Shown piece by piece: positions 1 through 10,745 of a stretch of DNA of 64,000 nt (positions within the stretch are counted from its first letter, which is position 1; the number at the start of each line of letters is the position of its first letter). The notes below the pieces were generated by a model that saw only the letters and a program-made list of their open reading frames with translations, ran no database searches and had not been told where the DNA came from. The DNA is from Opitutales bacterium (lineage in GTDB: Bacteria; Verrucomicrobiota; Verrucomicrobiia; Opitutales; PNEW01). Both the position numbers and the translations under genes were made by a program. Location: the NCBI GenBank assembly GCA_965197745.1, contig CBDANS010000005.1, positions 384,001 to 448,000 of the forward strand, in the 5' to 3' direction.

Positions 1-183
1 TACGAAAATGTCATCGCTTTACGTATCGTAAACAGCATGGATGCGATGACCGCGGACTGGACGCGCCTGCCGCATAAATTGATTCAAAAAATATCTACTC
101 GTATCATTAATGAAGTCGAAGGGGTTAATCGAGTGGTCCTTGATGTCAGTTCCAAACCACCGAGCACCATTGAATGGGAATAA
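1..183 (+). CDS. guaA: GMP synthase (glutamine-hydrolysing), C-terminal part (5' truncated by window)
   Basis: Frame 1 translates to ...[12 protein letters not shown]...[27 protein letters not shown], the conserved GuaA C-terminus. Confidence 0.95.
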   Translation, partial: YENVIALRIVNSMDAMTADWTRLPHKLIQKISTRIINEVEGVNRVVLDVSSKPPSTIEWE

Positions 184-269
184 CAGGCTCTTATATCCTT
201 AAAGACGGGTGATTTATAAATTAATTTTATAAGAACCATTTACTTTTATTTGGGTCTATATCTAAGAAT

Positions 270-1031
270 ATGATTCACGGAATAAGTAAAATTGCCTGTG
301 CGGTAATTCTCCTTACAGGGTCGATTACGCCTATGTCTTCTTTGGGGGCAGAACCGACGACCGATCAAATATTGGCAATGGCCAGAGAGTATCTTGGAGG
401 CGATGTCAATTTACGCGCTGTTCAGACGATTCAATTCCACGGTACATTTACTACTCAGGATAGTGAGGGGGAGAAGGGGGAAATCATTATTTACCTCAAG
501 AAACCTTTTAAACAAAGATTGGATGTCATGCGCTTGAAAGAAGGGGTCACAGAGACAACGGCAATAAATAATATTGATGGATGGGTTCGCCGTTCCAACA
601 ATAAAAATGACAGCGATTGGACGATTCGTATACTCAGTATGCTTGAGTTCAAACGCATGCGCGCCAATACTTTTGATAATTTAAATTTTTACCATGGGAT
701 AGAAAAAATAGGGGGTTATATTACAAATAAAGGAAAGGTGCAAAAAGATGGTAAAACCGCTTGTCTCCTTCACTTTCAATATGACAATGAAATGTTTTAT
801 GATCGCTATTTCGATATAAACACAGGGGAATTACTTGCCACCATTAATGACAAAGGCATTGAGATCAAAGATAAAGGAGAATTTATTGTCGACGGAATCC
901 GATTTCCTTGTGAGCAAGTAAGCTATGAAAATGGGAAAAAGAAAAACACTTTGATCTTTGCCGAAATTATCATAAATCATCCAATGGATGATGATCTTTT
1001 TGAATTACCTTCATTAAGATACGGTAAGTAA
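270..1031 (+). CDS. Exported protein, probable LolA-like/outer-membrane lipoprotein-sorting fold
   Basis: N-terminal signal peptide; beta-rich body; C-terminal 'IIINHPMDDDLFELP' resembles LolA-like family tails. Confidence 0.5.
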   Translation: MIHGISKIACAVILLTGSITPMSSLGAEPTTDQILAMAREYLGGDVNLRAVQTIQFHGTFTTQDSEGEKGEIIIYLKKPFKQRLDVMRLKEGVTETTAINNIDGWVRRSNNKNDSDWTIRILSMLEFKRMRANTFDNLNFYHGIEKIGGYITNKGKVQKDGKTACLLHFQYDNEMFYDRYFDINTGELLATINDKGIEIKDKGEFIVDGIRFPCEQVSYENGKKKNTLIFAEIIINHPMDDDLFELPSLRYGK

Positions 1032-1140
1032 ACGGTCTGCTGAACATTTCAGATAGTAGCGCGGTGTTAAGATTGATCCGTCGCAACCCGAAAAATAATG
1101 TTTGCCCGTAATGGTGACAAACGATTAGACATCAAGACCT

Positions 1141-2436
1141 ATGCGGGTACTTAAATACAATTCGCCAGGCTTTTTAAATAAGCTGGCTCTTTTTTCCGAG
1201 AAGGTTAATGACGCTCCTCAGATTAGAGCTACCGTAGCCACTATCCTTCAGGCGGTGAAAAAAAGCGGAAATAAGGCAATCATTGAATATACCGCGAAAC
1301 TCGACGGGGCAAATTTAAAAAGCTCCAACTTAAGAGTTGCTCGCAGTGAGCTGAAGGCAGCCACCAAGGTAATAAGTGGCCAACAGCGCAAGGCGATTAG
1401 AAATGCCATGCTCTGTGTTAAAGATTTTCACCGGCAAAGTCTTCCCAAAAACTGGAAAGGAAAAAATCCACATGGGGCCAAAGTGGGGGAAATTTATTAC
1501 CCGATTAATCGTGTGGGAATCTACATACCGGGAGGCACCGTGCCGCTCGTTTCAACAGTTGTTATGACGACAACCCTCGCGCGTCTTGCCGGCGTTCCGG
1601 AAATTGCGGTTTTTACTCCCCCACAGTCAGACGGTTCAGTGAATAGCGGAGTCCTCGCCGCACTGGAGTTAAATGGGATCCAGGAGGTTTACCGTATAGG
1701 GGGTGTTGTGGCTATCGGTGCGATGGCTTACGGAACATCAAATATACCAGCGGTCGACAAGATATATGGGCCAGGAAATGCTTACGTCGTTGAAGCGAAA
1801 CGACAGGTTTATGGAATTGTGGGACTGGACCTGCTGCCAGGACCCAGTGAAGTCATGATTATTGCCGACGGCACCGCGCGCGCAAAATATATCGCCGCCG
1901 ATCTGCTTGCACAGGCTGAGCATGGGCCCGGCGAAGGGAAAGTATTTTTGACAACAAGCAGTATTAAATTAATTGAAGCCGTTCAGGCTGAATTTAGAAA
2001 TCAGTTGTGTCATCTCAATCACAAACAATACATTAATACAGTATTAAGAAAGGGAGCTCTTTCCCTTTTGGTAAAAAATTTGGATCAAGCGGTTGAAATC
2101 GCAAATTACATGGCGCCGGAGCATCTTGAACTTCATGTCAGTAAGCGGCACATAAATCCATTGATAAAAAAAATAAGGACTGCGGGTGCTATCTTTTCAG
2201 GAGACTACACCCCGACGGTACTGGGAGACTTTGCAGCGGGGCCGAGCCACGTCTTACCCACGGGCCGTACCGCACGCTTTTTGAGCGGTCTCTGTATTTC
2301 AGATTTTTATCGGCGTAGTAGCATCACAGAATATACACCGCGTAGTTTGGCCATGGCGCGACCTGTAGTTGAAGCATTCAGTGAGCTTGAACAACTTGAT
2401 GCTCATGGGCGCTCATTACAAATCCGTTTCGAGTAA
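1141..2436 (+). CDS. hisD: Histidinol dehydrogenase
   Basis: Motifs YIPGG, GPGNAYV, GPSE, DLLAQAEH, APEHLE, GPSHVLPT. Confidence 0.97.
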   Translation: MRVLKYNSPGFLNKLALFSEKVNDAPQIRATVATILQAVKKSGNKAIIEYTAKLDGANLKSSNLRVARSELKAATKVISGQQRKAIRNAMLCVKDFHRQSLPKNWKGKNPHGAKVGEIYYPINRVGIYIPGGTVPLVSTVVMTTTLARLAGVPEIAVFTPPQSDGSVNSGVLAALELNGIQEVYRIGGVVAIGAMAYGTSNIPAVDKIYGPGNAYVVEAKRQVYGIVGLDLLPGPSEVMIIADGTARAKYIAADLLAQAEHGPGEGKVFLTTSSIKLIEAVQAEFRNQLCHLNHKQYINTVLRKGALSLLVKNLDQAVEIANYMAPEHLELHVSKRHINPLIKKIRTAGAIFSGDYTPTVLGDFAAGPSHVLPTGRTARFLSGLCISDFYRRSSITEYTPRSLAMARPVVEAFSELEQLDAHGRSLQIRFE

Positions 2437-2526
2437 CCGTAGGAAAAATGGATTTACCGCGGTTAAGGTAATTAAAGCTATCCGCGTTGCATTAGGGTTA
2501 ATTATATTATAGGAGATCTGCCATAA

Positions 2527-3621
2527 ATGACCAGGAATGTTACAGCTTACAATTTGTCCCTGCCTCACATCCGTGAGCTCGAGGGATATGTGCCGGGCAT
2601 GCAGCCTCAGGATGATCGTTGGGTTAAGCTCAATACCAATGAAAATCCTTATCCGCCAAGCCCTCATGTAGCTGCGGCAATTCGCTCGGAGCTGGATAAA
2701 TTACCCTTATATCCGAATCCGGAAAGCACGCCATTACGCGAGGTGATCGCCGCAAAACACGGATTAAATGTGGACCAGATAATTGTGGGTAATGGTTCGG
2801 ATGATATCCTGAATCTCGTGGTGCGCGCTTTTTGTGGTAAAGATCAACCAGCTGCTTCCACTATTCCCAATTATACCCTCTATCCGGTTTTAACAAGAAT
2901 TCAGAATGGGGAGTTTAAGACGATTCCTTATGATCGCGAGATGAATCTTCCTCTTGATGCCATCGTAGGTTCCGAAACCAGTTTATTTTTTTTATCATCA
3001 CCTAACACACCAACGGGTGTTGTCCATCCCGTAAAAGATATCGCCGATCTCCTGGATCGCTATCCAGGTATACTGGTCGTGGACGAAGCTTATGCCGACT
3101 TCGCTAAAGAGACAGCATTAGAATTGGTTAAGCATTACCCCAATGTGATAATCACTCGTTCTCTATCTAAGGCTTACTCCCTCGCGGGCCTACGTGTCGG
3201 GTATGGATTGGCCGCGGCGGAGGTTATCAATCTCATGGACCGGGTGCGCGATAGTTATAATGTCAATAGATTGAGCCAGGCAGGTGCCATTGCTGCGCTT
3301 GAGGATGCTTCATATCATAAAAAGGTGATCAGTAATATCGTCAAATTACGTGATTCCTATATTCGTGAGTTTAAAAATCGAAACTGGTTTACCTACCCGT
3401 CCCAGGCGAATTTCATATTCACTGAACCTGTCAGCAGTGGGGGGATAAAGAGTCCTGAAGTAGCGCAATCCTTATTCGATTTCCTTTATGCCAGGAATAT
3501 CCTGGTGCGCTTTCTAAGCTCTAGTCCATTGACAGCGGGTTTTTTGCGTATCAGTATTGGCGACGATGCACAGATGCGCACTCTATTAGAAAATATAAAT
3601 TTATGGCAGAAGAACGTATAG
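2527..3621 (+). CDS. hisC: Histidinol-phosphate aminotransferase
   Basis: [40 protein letters not shown] (PLP lysine); his cluster context. Confidence 0.96.
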   Translation: MTRNVTAYNLSLPHIRELEGYVPGMQPQDDRWVKLNTNENPYPPSPHVAAAIRSELDKLPLYPNPESTPLREVIAAKHGLNVDQIIVGNGSDDILNLVVRAFCGKDQPAASTIPNYTLYPVLTRIQNGEFKTIPYDREMNLPLDAIVGSETSLFFLSSPNTPTGVVHPVKDIADLLDRYPGILVVDEAYADFAKETALELVKHYPNVIITRSLSKAYSLAGLRVGYGLAAAEVINLMDRVRDSYNVNRLSQAGAIAALEDASYHKKVISNIVKLRDSYIREFKNRNWFTYPSQANFIFTEPVSSGGIKSPEVAQSLFDFLYARNILVRFLSSSPLTAGFLRISIGDDAQMRTLLENINLWQKNV

Positions 3622-4202
3622 CTGAGATTAAACGTGAGACGAAAGAGACTACCATCTCTCTTAATTTAAATCTCGATGGAGAGGGGAAATCAACGATTGA
3701 TACGGGGGTTCCATTTTTCAATCATATGATGGAATTATTTTCACGGCACGGACTCTTCGATGTCGAATTGAAAGCGACGGGCGATCTCGAGATCGACTAT
3801 CATCATGTAATCGAAGATATCGGCATTGTCCTTGGCCAGGCAGTGAAGGAAGCGGTTGGAGATAAACGGGGAATATTTCGCTATGGATTCTTCTTCTTGC
3901 CGATGGATGAGACCATGGCACGTGTCATTCTTGATATAGGCGGTCGATCAACACTCGTTTACCGCGTAGAATGCCGGGAACACTTTGTGCGCGATTTTAA
4001 TATTGGACTTTTAAAAGAGTTTTTTCAGGCATTTGCCAATAATGCAGGGGCTAATGTCCACATCAATCTTGAATATGGTCAGGAACCACACCATATCGCT
4101 GAAGCGATTTTCAAAGGCTTTGGTCGTACTCTAGATATGGCGACACGCATCGATTCGCGACAAGCGGGTAAATTGCCTACGACAAAAGGTAAATTGGATT
4201 AA
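3603..4202 (+). CDS. hisB: Imidazoleglycerol-phosphate dehydratase
   Basis: [37 protein letters not shown]. Confidence 0.97.
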   Translation: MAEERIAEIKRETKETTISLNLNLDGEGKSTIDTGVPFFNHMMELFSRHGLFDVELKATGDLEIDYHHVIEDIGIVLGQAVKEAVGDKRGIFRYGFFFLPMDETMARVILDIGGRSTLVYRVECREHFVRDFNIGLLKEFFQAFANNAGANVHINLEYGQEPHHIAEAIFKGFGRTLDMATRIDSRQAGKLPTTKGKLD

Positions 4203-4301
4203 TAAAGTTAAAGATGTAAACTGAATGGGTTAAGAAAAGCAGGAAGTTATACTTTCTTTTTCTGATTTTACATTTTTGCTAGAAAATTCTTATTACTTTT
4301 A

Positions 4302-4940
4302 ATGAGCGAATTGAAGCCAGATCTGGCGATCATTGATTACGGCATGGGGAATTTGAGGAGCGTTCTCAAAGCTTTTGAGTGCGTTGGCGCGCGCGCGCGC
4401 TTAGTTCACAAACCTGAAGAAATAGGCAATGCATGGGCGCTCGTTTTCCCCGGACAGGGTTGTATTATTGATTGTATGAGCATGTTACATGACTCGGGTT
4501 TTGACATTGAGATTACGGAATGGGTTAGAGCTGATAAGCCGTTTTTCGGCATATGCCTGGGGTTACAAGCTCTGTTTGAATATTCGGAGGAGGGGGACAC
4601 TCCTGGCTTGGGGTTATTTTCAGGACGGGTGCAACGTTTCAAGCTGGGCTCTGAATATAAAGTCCCTCATATGGGATGGAATGTTGTTGAATTTATTCGT
4701 GATCGACCACCAAATGCGGGATTGCAGTCAACTGGAAATCAATTTTATTTTGTTCACAGCTACTTTGTCGTTCCTGCGGACCCTGAGATAATATGGTGTG
4801 AAACTGACTACGGCAGTCGATTTGTTAGCGGAATCGCACAGGGTAAATGCTTTGCCACACAGTTTCACCCAGAGAAAAGTCAGTTAAAAGGATTGCAAAT
4901 TTATCGTAATTTCGTCGACTGGGTCGTAAAAAATCATTGA
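4302..4940 (+). CDS. hisH: Imidazole glycerol phosphate synthase, glutamine amidotransferase subunit
   Basis: [38 protein letters not shown]. Confidence 0.97.
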   Translation: MSELKPDLAIIDYGMGNLRSVLKAFECVGARARLVHKPEEIGNAWALVFPGQGCIIDCMSMLHDSGFDIEITEWVRADKPFFGICLGLQALFEYSEEGDTPGLGLFSGRVQRFKLGSEYKVPHMGWNVVEFIRDRPPNAGLQSTGNQFYFVHSYFVVPADPEIIWCETDYGSRFVSGIAQGKCFATQFHPEKSQLKGLQIYRNFVDWVVKNH

Positions 4941-4991
4941 TATAATTTTGTGGCATTGATTTTAACCGTAATTAATTTAGAAAATAATTAA

Positions 4992-6284
4992 GTGGATAAG
5001 GAAGAAACAGCTGTTTTAAGAATTGATGACAAAAACTTCACTTTCCCATTGATGGAGGGGTCAGAAGGAGAAAAAGCTGTTGATGTGCGGACATTGCGAG
5101 GGAAAAGCGGTTATATCGCTTTTGACGAAGGCTACCGTAATACAGGTTCTTGTAACGGGAAAATTACCTTTATAGATGGGGAAAAAGGCATTTTACGTTA
5201 CCAGGGTTACCCCATTGAACAATTGGCGGAGAATTCAAGTTTTCTCGAGACCTCTTACCTTATTTTATACGGTGAATTGCCTACTCAAACCCAACTGAAT
5301 GTCTTTCGAGGTAAATTTTCCGAAAGTGCGAATGTGCACGAGAAGATGCATAAACTAATTGATGGATTTCCTACTAACGCGCATCCCATGGCCATGCTCG
5401 CTGCGATGATTAACGCGCTCGGTTGTTATTACCCTGAGTTGTCCAGCAACGACAGAGAAAAGGAATTAGAAAATTTTGATGATACAGCGGTCCATTTGAT
5501 TTCAAAAGTGCGCTCCCTTGCAGCCATGGCCTATCGCATGAAAATTGGGCGTCCCTTCATGTATCCCAATACTGAATTGTCCTATACTGCAAATTTTCTC
5601 TATATGATGATGTCTGATATCCATAATCAGTTCACGGCAACTGATGAGGTGATTAGAGCGCTGGACTTGATATTTCTTCTTCATGCCGATCATGAGCAAA
5701 ATTGTAGCACCTCGACGGTTCGTATGGTCGGGTCGGGTGGGGCTAATCTTTTTACCTCTGTTGCATCAGGAATTAGCGCTTTGTGGGGTCCGTTGCATGG
5801 TGGAGCGAATATGGCAGTTATACAGATGTTGGAAAATATACATAAAGATGGTGATGATGGATCCCGTTTCGTTGAAAAGGCTAAAGAGGGTCAAAAAATA
5901 ATGGGTTTTGGCCATGCTGTTTATAAAAACTATGACCCACGGGCTAAAATTCTGGGTTTAGCGGCGGAAAGTGTAATGAAAAGCTTGGGTATTCAGGATC
6001 CCCTCCTTGATATTGCCCGTCATCTCGAGAGCGTTGCCCTTAGCGATGATTATTTCATTGAACGTAAACTGTACCCGAATGTAGATTTTTATAGTGGTTT
6101 TATTCTTAAGGCAATTGGCATTCCCCTTGATTTCTTTACGGTGATTTTTACCATTGGCCGAATGCCAGGTTGGATAGCCAATTGGAAAGAAATGGCAGAA
6201 GAACCCAAGCCCAGTATATACCGCCCCCGTCAAATCTACCACGGCCCCAAAGAACGCGAATTCGTCCCTATCGAAAACAGGTGA
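4992..6284 (+). CDS. gltA: Citrate synthase
   Basis: [44 protein letters not shown]. Confidence 0.97.
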   Translation: MDKEETAVLRIDDKNFTFPLMEGSEGEKAVDVRTLRGKSGYIAFDEGYRNTGSCNGKITFIDGEKGILRYQGYPIEQLAENSSFLETSYLILYGELPTQTQLNVFRGKFSESANVHEKMHKLIDGFPTNAHPMAMLAAMINALGCYYPELSSNDREKELENFDDTAVHLISKVRSLAAMAYRMKIGRPFMYPNTELSYTANFLYMMMSDIHNQFTATDEVIRALDLIFLLHADHEQNCSTSTVRMVGSGGANLFTSVASGISALWGPLHGGANMAVIQMLENIHKDGDDGSRFVEKAKEGQKIMGFGHAVYKNYDPRAKILGLAAESVMKSLGIQDPLLDIARHLESVALSDDYFIERKLYPNVDFYSGFILKAIGIPLDFFTVIFTIGRMPGWIANWKEMAEEPKPSIYRPRQIYHGPKEREFVPIENR

Positions 6285-6434
6285 TAATTAATTGAAGAGG
6301 GGTTGCTTTCAAAAGCGGTTTTCTTTTCTTAAATTTCCATCCGCATTCTCTACACTGCTGCGTTATAGATGATCCCTGGAAACAAACGGTGAATACTAAT
6401 GCTTCGTTTCTGCTCGATGGATATCAACGAAATA

Positions 6435-7214
6435 TTATGACTGTGCTTTTGTTTCTTCTGGAAAGTTTCTGAATACCTCTTCCAATTTTAAACCAGTCAA
6501 TTTTTTTATCCCGCTCAATAGTTTCCAGAGGGCCAATGCCGTTATAAACATACAGGGCAGAACGATTACCGGCCAACTCCAGAAGGTCATGCGTCCCAGT
6601 TCTTCATTAAATGCATTTGTTCCCGATTCACTATGGATGAGAAATTTTGCAAGAGTGAAATTGAGAATCGCACTTGAGAGAAATGACGATGATAGGAGCA
6701 AAGTGGTATTGAAAAGTAGTTTAGCGAATGAGGACTGCGTTTCCTGTTCATTAAGCGCAATCTCAACTCTCGCTATATTAATTACTTTTTCATTATAAAG
6801 GAGAACCCGAATTAAGGGATATGGGGTTTTTAATGAAAGCAGTATTGCCAGACCAATGATGGAAGGAATTGCCGCTTCTTTTATCGCAATCCAATCTTTA
6901 TCCAACTTCATTAATCCAACACCACCGGTTAGTAAAATACTGGCAAAGCTGAGAATAGAAAAGAAATTATATTTATGACGGAAGAAAAAATCGTAGATTC
7001 CATAAGACAGTGGAAATAACAGCGCGATGATGAGGATAATAGAAGGGTGGAGATAAGACCACCGGCCTCCTTTCATTAATATTATGGAGGGAATAATGAT
7101 ATTCAGTCCCAGATTGAGCCATATATTTTCATTGTCAGTCTGGTTTTGGAGTGGTTTCGCAGGGTGAGGTATGGTATTTTCCCCTTTTTCGTTGTTTGTT
7201 TTTTCCTCAACCAT
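6435..7214 (-). CDS. VC0807-family integral membrane protein
   Basis: NIIIPSIIL, WIAIKEAAIP, FNEELGRMTFWSWPVI motifs; multiple TM helices. Confidence 0.75.
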   Translation of the reverse strand: MVEEKTNNEKGENTIPHPAKPLQNQTDNENIWLNLGLNIIIPSIILMKGGRWSYLHPSIILIIALLFPLSYGIYDFFFRHKYNFFSILSFASILLTGGVGLMKLDKDWIAIKEAAIPSIIGLAILLSLKTPYPLIRVLLYNEKVINIARVEIALNEQETQSSFAKLLFNTTLLLSSSFLSSAILNFTLAKFLIHSESGTNAFNEELGRMTFWSWPVIVLPCMFITALALWKLLSGIKKLTGLKLEEVFRNFPEETKAQS

Positions 7215-7239
7215 CGTTATAAAAGTTCAGCAATTATAT

Positions 7240-7890
7240 ATGAAAGCAAGCAATATTCATTGTCTTATATCAGCAGGACCGACGCGTGAATATTTTGATC
7301 CGGTTCGCTTCTTAAGTAATCCCTCGAGTGGAAAAATGGGATTTGCCATGGCTGAAGCAGCAATGAGTCGGGGCTGGGATGTCGATCTGGTCAGCGGGCC
7401 CGTCTCACTGACGCCACCTGATGGAGTATCTTATTTCCCTGTCGTTTCTGGTGAAGAAATGTTTGATAAAATTGATTCCCTCTTTGATCGCTGCGATATT
7501 CTAATTATGGTCGCGGCGGTAATGGATTATCGCCCAAGCAATTTTTCCCGACATAAACTAAAAAAGACGGGAGCGTCGCTGACCGTCGAGCTGGATCCGG
7601 CTATCGATATCCTTAAGACGGTTGCCTCACGTAAAAGAGATCAAATTATAGTGGCTTTTGCTGCGGAAACAGAAAAGTTGGAAGCCAATGCAAAAATTAA
7701 ACTCCAGGAAAAAAACGCAGATTTTATTGTCGCTAATCGTGTCGGAAAAAAGGAGTCAGGATTTGAGTCGGATTCCACTCAGGTTACACTAATTTCAGCT
7801 GCAGGTGAAATAACGAATTATGGGCCTGGCCGGAAATTATCAATAGCTGAGAAATTGGTTGAACGATTATCAGTTGAATTAAATACATAA
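7240..7890 (+). CDS. coaB: Phosphopantothenate-cysteine ligase (stand-alone CoaB domain)
   Basis: [43 protein letters not shown] at 7240 preferred because 7171 overlaps the divergent gene. Confidence 0.88.
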   Translation: MKASNIHCLISAGPTREYFDPVRFLSNPSSGKMGFAMAEAAMSRGWDVDLVSGPVSLTPPDGVSYFPVVSGEEMFDKIDSLFDRCDILIMVAAVMDYRPSNFSRHKLKKTGASLTVELDPAIDILKTVASRKRDQIIVAFAAETEKLEANAKIKLQEKNADFIVANRVGKKESGFESDSTQVTLISAAGEITNYGPGRKLSIAEKLVERLSVELNT

Positions 7891-7944
7891 AAAAAATTTC
7901 GTCTGGCTAAATATATAGAGTTAAAAGACAAGTAATACCTGGCT

Positions 7945-9129
7945 ATGTCACCAACTACTAAATCCAGTGCATTAGAAAAAGCATTAGGTCGCCTCGATGA
8001 CCTGGACTCCATCAGTCTCGCTAATCTGGTTCAGCGGTTGGTTCGTGAACGTAGTCTTTTGGAAACTGTTTTCAATACAATACGCGAGGGTATTATGGTC
8101 ATGGACCAAAATGGTATCATAGAATACGCCAATGCCGCTGCCGGCGAACTTATAGGTTTTTCTATGAAAGAACAGGGGCAGGCAGTGCTATGGAAGCTCG
8201 TTCCTGACCTGGCTAGGACTCTTGATATATCAAGTAACGGTGAATACTGGGCGGGAACTGCGGTTACTCGGGATATGGAACTCAGCTATCCCGAAAAACG
8301 ATATGTTCGTCTCTATTTGATGCCGATAAAGGAAGAGAACAATGATTCCACGGAAAGTAGAAACTACACCGTCATTATATCTGATGTCACGGAATTAAGG
8401 CATTCTACACATGAGCAGATTGAAAATGAGAAACTCTCTACTATCATTATGTTGGCATCCGGTGTTGCTCACGAATTGGGTAATCCTCTCAATTCACTAA
8501 CGATACACCTGCAACTTATCAATCGTGAGCTTGAGAAACTGGATGATTCTGCGTCTAAAGAGAAAATCAGGAAGCAACTCAAAGTGTGTAGCGGAGAAGT
8601 CAATCGTCTCGACGGGATCATTACACAGTTTTTAGAGGCCATTCGACCATCTCCTCCCGATTTTCAAGATCTGGATATTTTAAAATCTTTGGAAGAGGTA
8701 TTGGAATTCCTCGGTGAAGAGCTGAGTAATTCAGGCATCAATGTTGATGTTGAAGAACCCGACGATTTGCCTGTTGTTATGGCTGACGGCAATCAGTTGA
8801 AACAGGTCTTTTTCAACCTCATTACTAACGCTCGCGATTCAATGGCTAGCGGGGGGACATTGAAAGTGCGCGCTCGATGTGATGATGAGTTCGTTTATAT
8901 TCTAATCGGTGATTCCGGTTTGGGTATTATGGAAGAAAATATGAGCAAGGTATTTGAACCCTATTTTACGACTAAAAAAGGGGGACATGGATTAGGGATG
9001 ATGATTGCGCATAGAATTATGCGCGATCACGGTGGCCAAATTGGTATCGATAGCCAGTCAGGGATAGGTACTGTAATTACCTTGCAGTTTCCCCAGAAAC
9101 ATCGGCGCTTTCGATTGCTTGAGAGCTGA
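7945..9129 (+). CDS. PAS-domain sensor histidine kinase (NtrB/AtoS-like)
   Basis: PAS-like segment; H-box AHELGNPL; N-box QVFFNLITNA; DSGLG, FEPYFTTK, GHGLGM. Confidence 0.92.
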   Translation: MSPTTKSSALEKALGRLDDLDSISLANLVQRLVRERSLLETVFNTIREGIMVMDQNGIIEYANAAAGELIGFSMKEQGQAVLWKLVPDLARTLDISSNGEYWAGTAVTRDMELSYPEKRYVRLYLMPIKEENNDSTESRNYTVIISDVTELRHSTHEQIENEKLSTIIMLASGVAHELGNPLNSLTIHLQLINRELEKLDDSASKEKIRKQLKVCSGEVNRLDGIITQFLEAIRPSPPDFQDLDILKSLEEVLEFLGEELSNSGINVDVEEPDDLPVVMADGNQLKQVFFNLITNARDSMASGGTLKVRARCDDEFVYILIGDSGLGIMEENMSKVFEPYFTTKKGGHGLGMMIAHRIMRDHGGQIGIDSQSGIGTVITLQFPQKHRRFRLLES

Positions 9130-9251
9130 TTCTCCAACCGCTTACCTTATTTATATTTAATCACTTGCGAAGTGGGACATAATTACCCATCTTTTAGGGT
9201 GATCAGTCTGCACTGATTGAATATTATAGCATTGAAATCTATTTAGAAACC

Positions 9252-10637
9252 ATGCCAGCGACCGTCCTTATTGTTGATGATGAGAAACATACCCGTGAAG
9301 GATTAATGCAGGCATTAGATGACAGCTATGATGTCTATCTTGCCGCTAATGCCGATGAAGCGTTTAATCTGCTTGAATCGGAGGAATTTGATATCGTGTT
9401 AACTGATCTGAGGATGGCAGGAAAATCTGGAATGATGGTCATCGACAAGGCTTTAAACATGCCTGTGAATCCAGTTACGATCATGATGACGGCATATGGG
9501 AATGTGGAAACGGCAGTTGAAGCGATGAAACGTGGAGCCTTCGATTTTTTAACTAAGCCGGTAAATTTGGAGAAACTGGAGATTTTAATAAAACGAGCCC
9601 TGAAATCGCGTGAATTGGAAGAAGAGAATGTCGCCCTTCACAAAAGGCTCGACGAAAAATACAATTTTGAAGGAATCATAGGAAATTCAACGGCTTTACA
9701 GGAGGTTATAGAAAAGGTAAAACTGGTTGCCCCCACAAAATCAACTGTTCTCCTGGAAGGAGAGACGGGAACGGGGAAGGAGGTTATCGCCCAGGCTATC
9801 CATCAGAACAGTGACCGAGCGCGGCAGCCATTTATCGTGGTCCATTGTGCGGCATTACCTGCCAGCCTTCTCGAAAGCGAACTATTTGGTCATGAAAAAG
9901 GAGCTTTCACGGGCGCGATAGATCGGCGCATAGGCCGTTTTGAAGCGGCTGACAAAGGCACTCTATTTCTCGACGAAGTCAGCGAGATTGATCAGTCGAC
10001 GCAAGTTAAGCTTTTGCGTTTTCTCGAGACAAAAACCTTTGAGCGCCTGGGAAGTATCAAACCCATAACTATTAATATACGTCTCGTCGTGGCTACGAAT
10101 CGAAATTTAGAAAAGATGGTGAAGGACGGTAAATTTCGCGAGGACCTTTTCTACCGATTAAATGTAGTCGGTATTAAGTTACCTCCCTTACGAAGTCGTA
10201 GAGAGGATATCCCGCTGCTTCTTCAGGACTGTATTCGCCAGTTTACTAAAGAAAATGCTAGTGAACCAGTAAATATAGATCCTGGCGCAATGAAGGTCTT
10301 ACAGCACTTTGACTGGCCGGGAAATATTCGGGAATTACGCAACTTTGCTGAAAATATAGTCGTAATGAAACGCGGGGGCACTGTCACTGAGTATGATCTT
10401 GATCGAAAGTTTATACATGGGGATGATCGGTTTGCTGATGCTATTGCATTGGATAATCCCTTGTCCGTAGAGGAGAATGAAAAGAGGTTATTGCGAAACG
10501 CTTTGGCTGAAGTACAGGGAAACCGCACCAAAGCAGCAAAACTGCTGGGAATAAGTCGGCGCACCCTTCACCGAAAACTCCAGCAATGGCCGGAACTCGA
10601 TGTCTTAGATAACGGAATCAAAAGCAGGAGAGGGTGA
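9252..10637 (+). CDS. Sigma-54-dependent response regulator (NtrC/AtoC family)
   Basis: Receiver (VDDE, TDLRM), AAA+ GETGTGKE and GAFTGA, C-terminal Fis HTH. Confidence 0.95.
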   Translation: MPATVLIVDDEKHTREGLMQALDDSYDVYLAANADEAFNLLESEEFDIVLTDLRMAGKSGMMVIDKALNMPVNPVTIMMTAYGNVETAVEAMKRGAFDFLTKPVNLEKLEILIKRALKSRELEEENVALHKRLDEKYNFEGIIGNSTALQEVIEKVKLVAPTKSTVLLEGETGTGKEVIAQAIHQNSDRARQPFIVVHCAALPASLLESELFGHEKGAFTGAIDRRIGRFEAADKGTLFLDEVSEIDQSTQVKLLRFLETKTFERLGSIKPITINIRLVVATNRNLEKMVKDGKFREDLFYRLNVVGIKLPPLRSRREDIPLLLQDCIRQFTKENASEPVNIDPGAMKVLQHFDWPGNIRELRNFAENIVVMKRGGTVTEYDLDRKFIHGDDRFADAIALDNPLSVEENEKRLLRNALAEVQGNRTKAAKLLGISRRTLHRKLQQWPELDVLDNGIKSRRG

Positions 10638-10745
10638 TAGCTGACCCCTCATGAGCTTTATAGGAACAAGCCTCAATTCATTGAGGAGAAATAAGTATAC
10701 GGCTTATAGCTTTCTTTTAATCGATTAGAAAGTTATCATTAACCT

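Noticed and set aside
10641..10649. Perfect CTGACCCCT match to the 9-nt target guide
   Set aside because: The right side (CAT) does not match the right guide, and one 9-mer hit in 64 kb on two strands is roughly chance level
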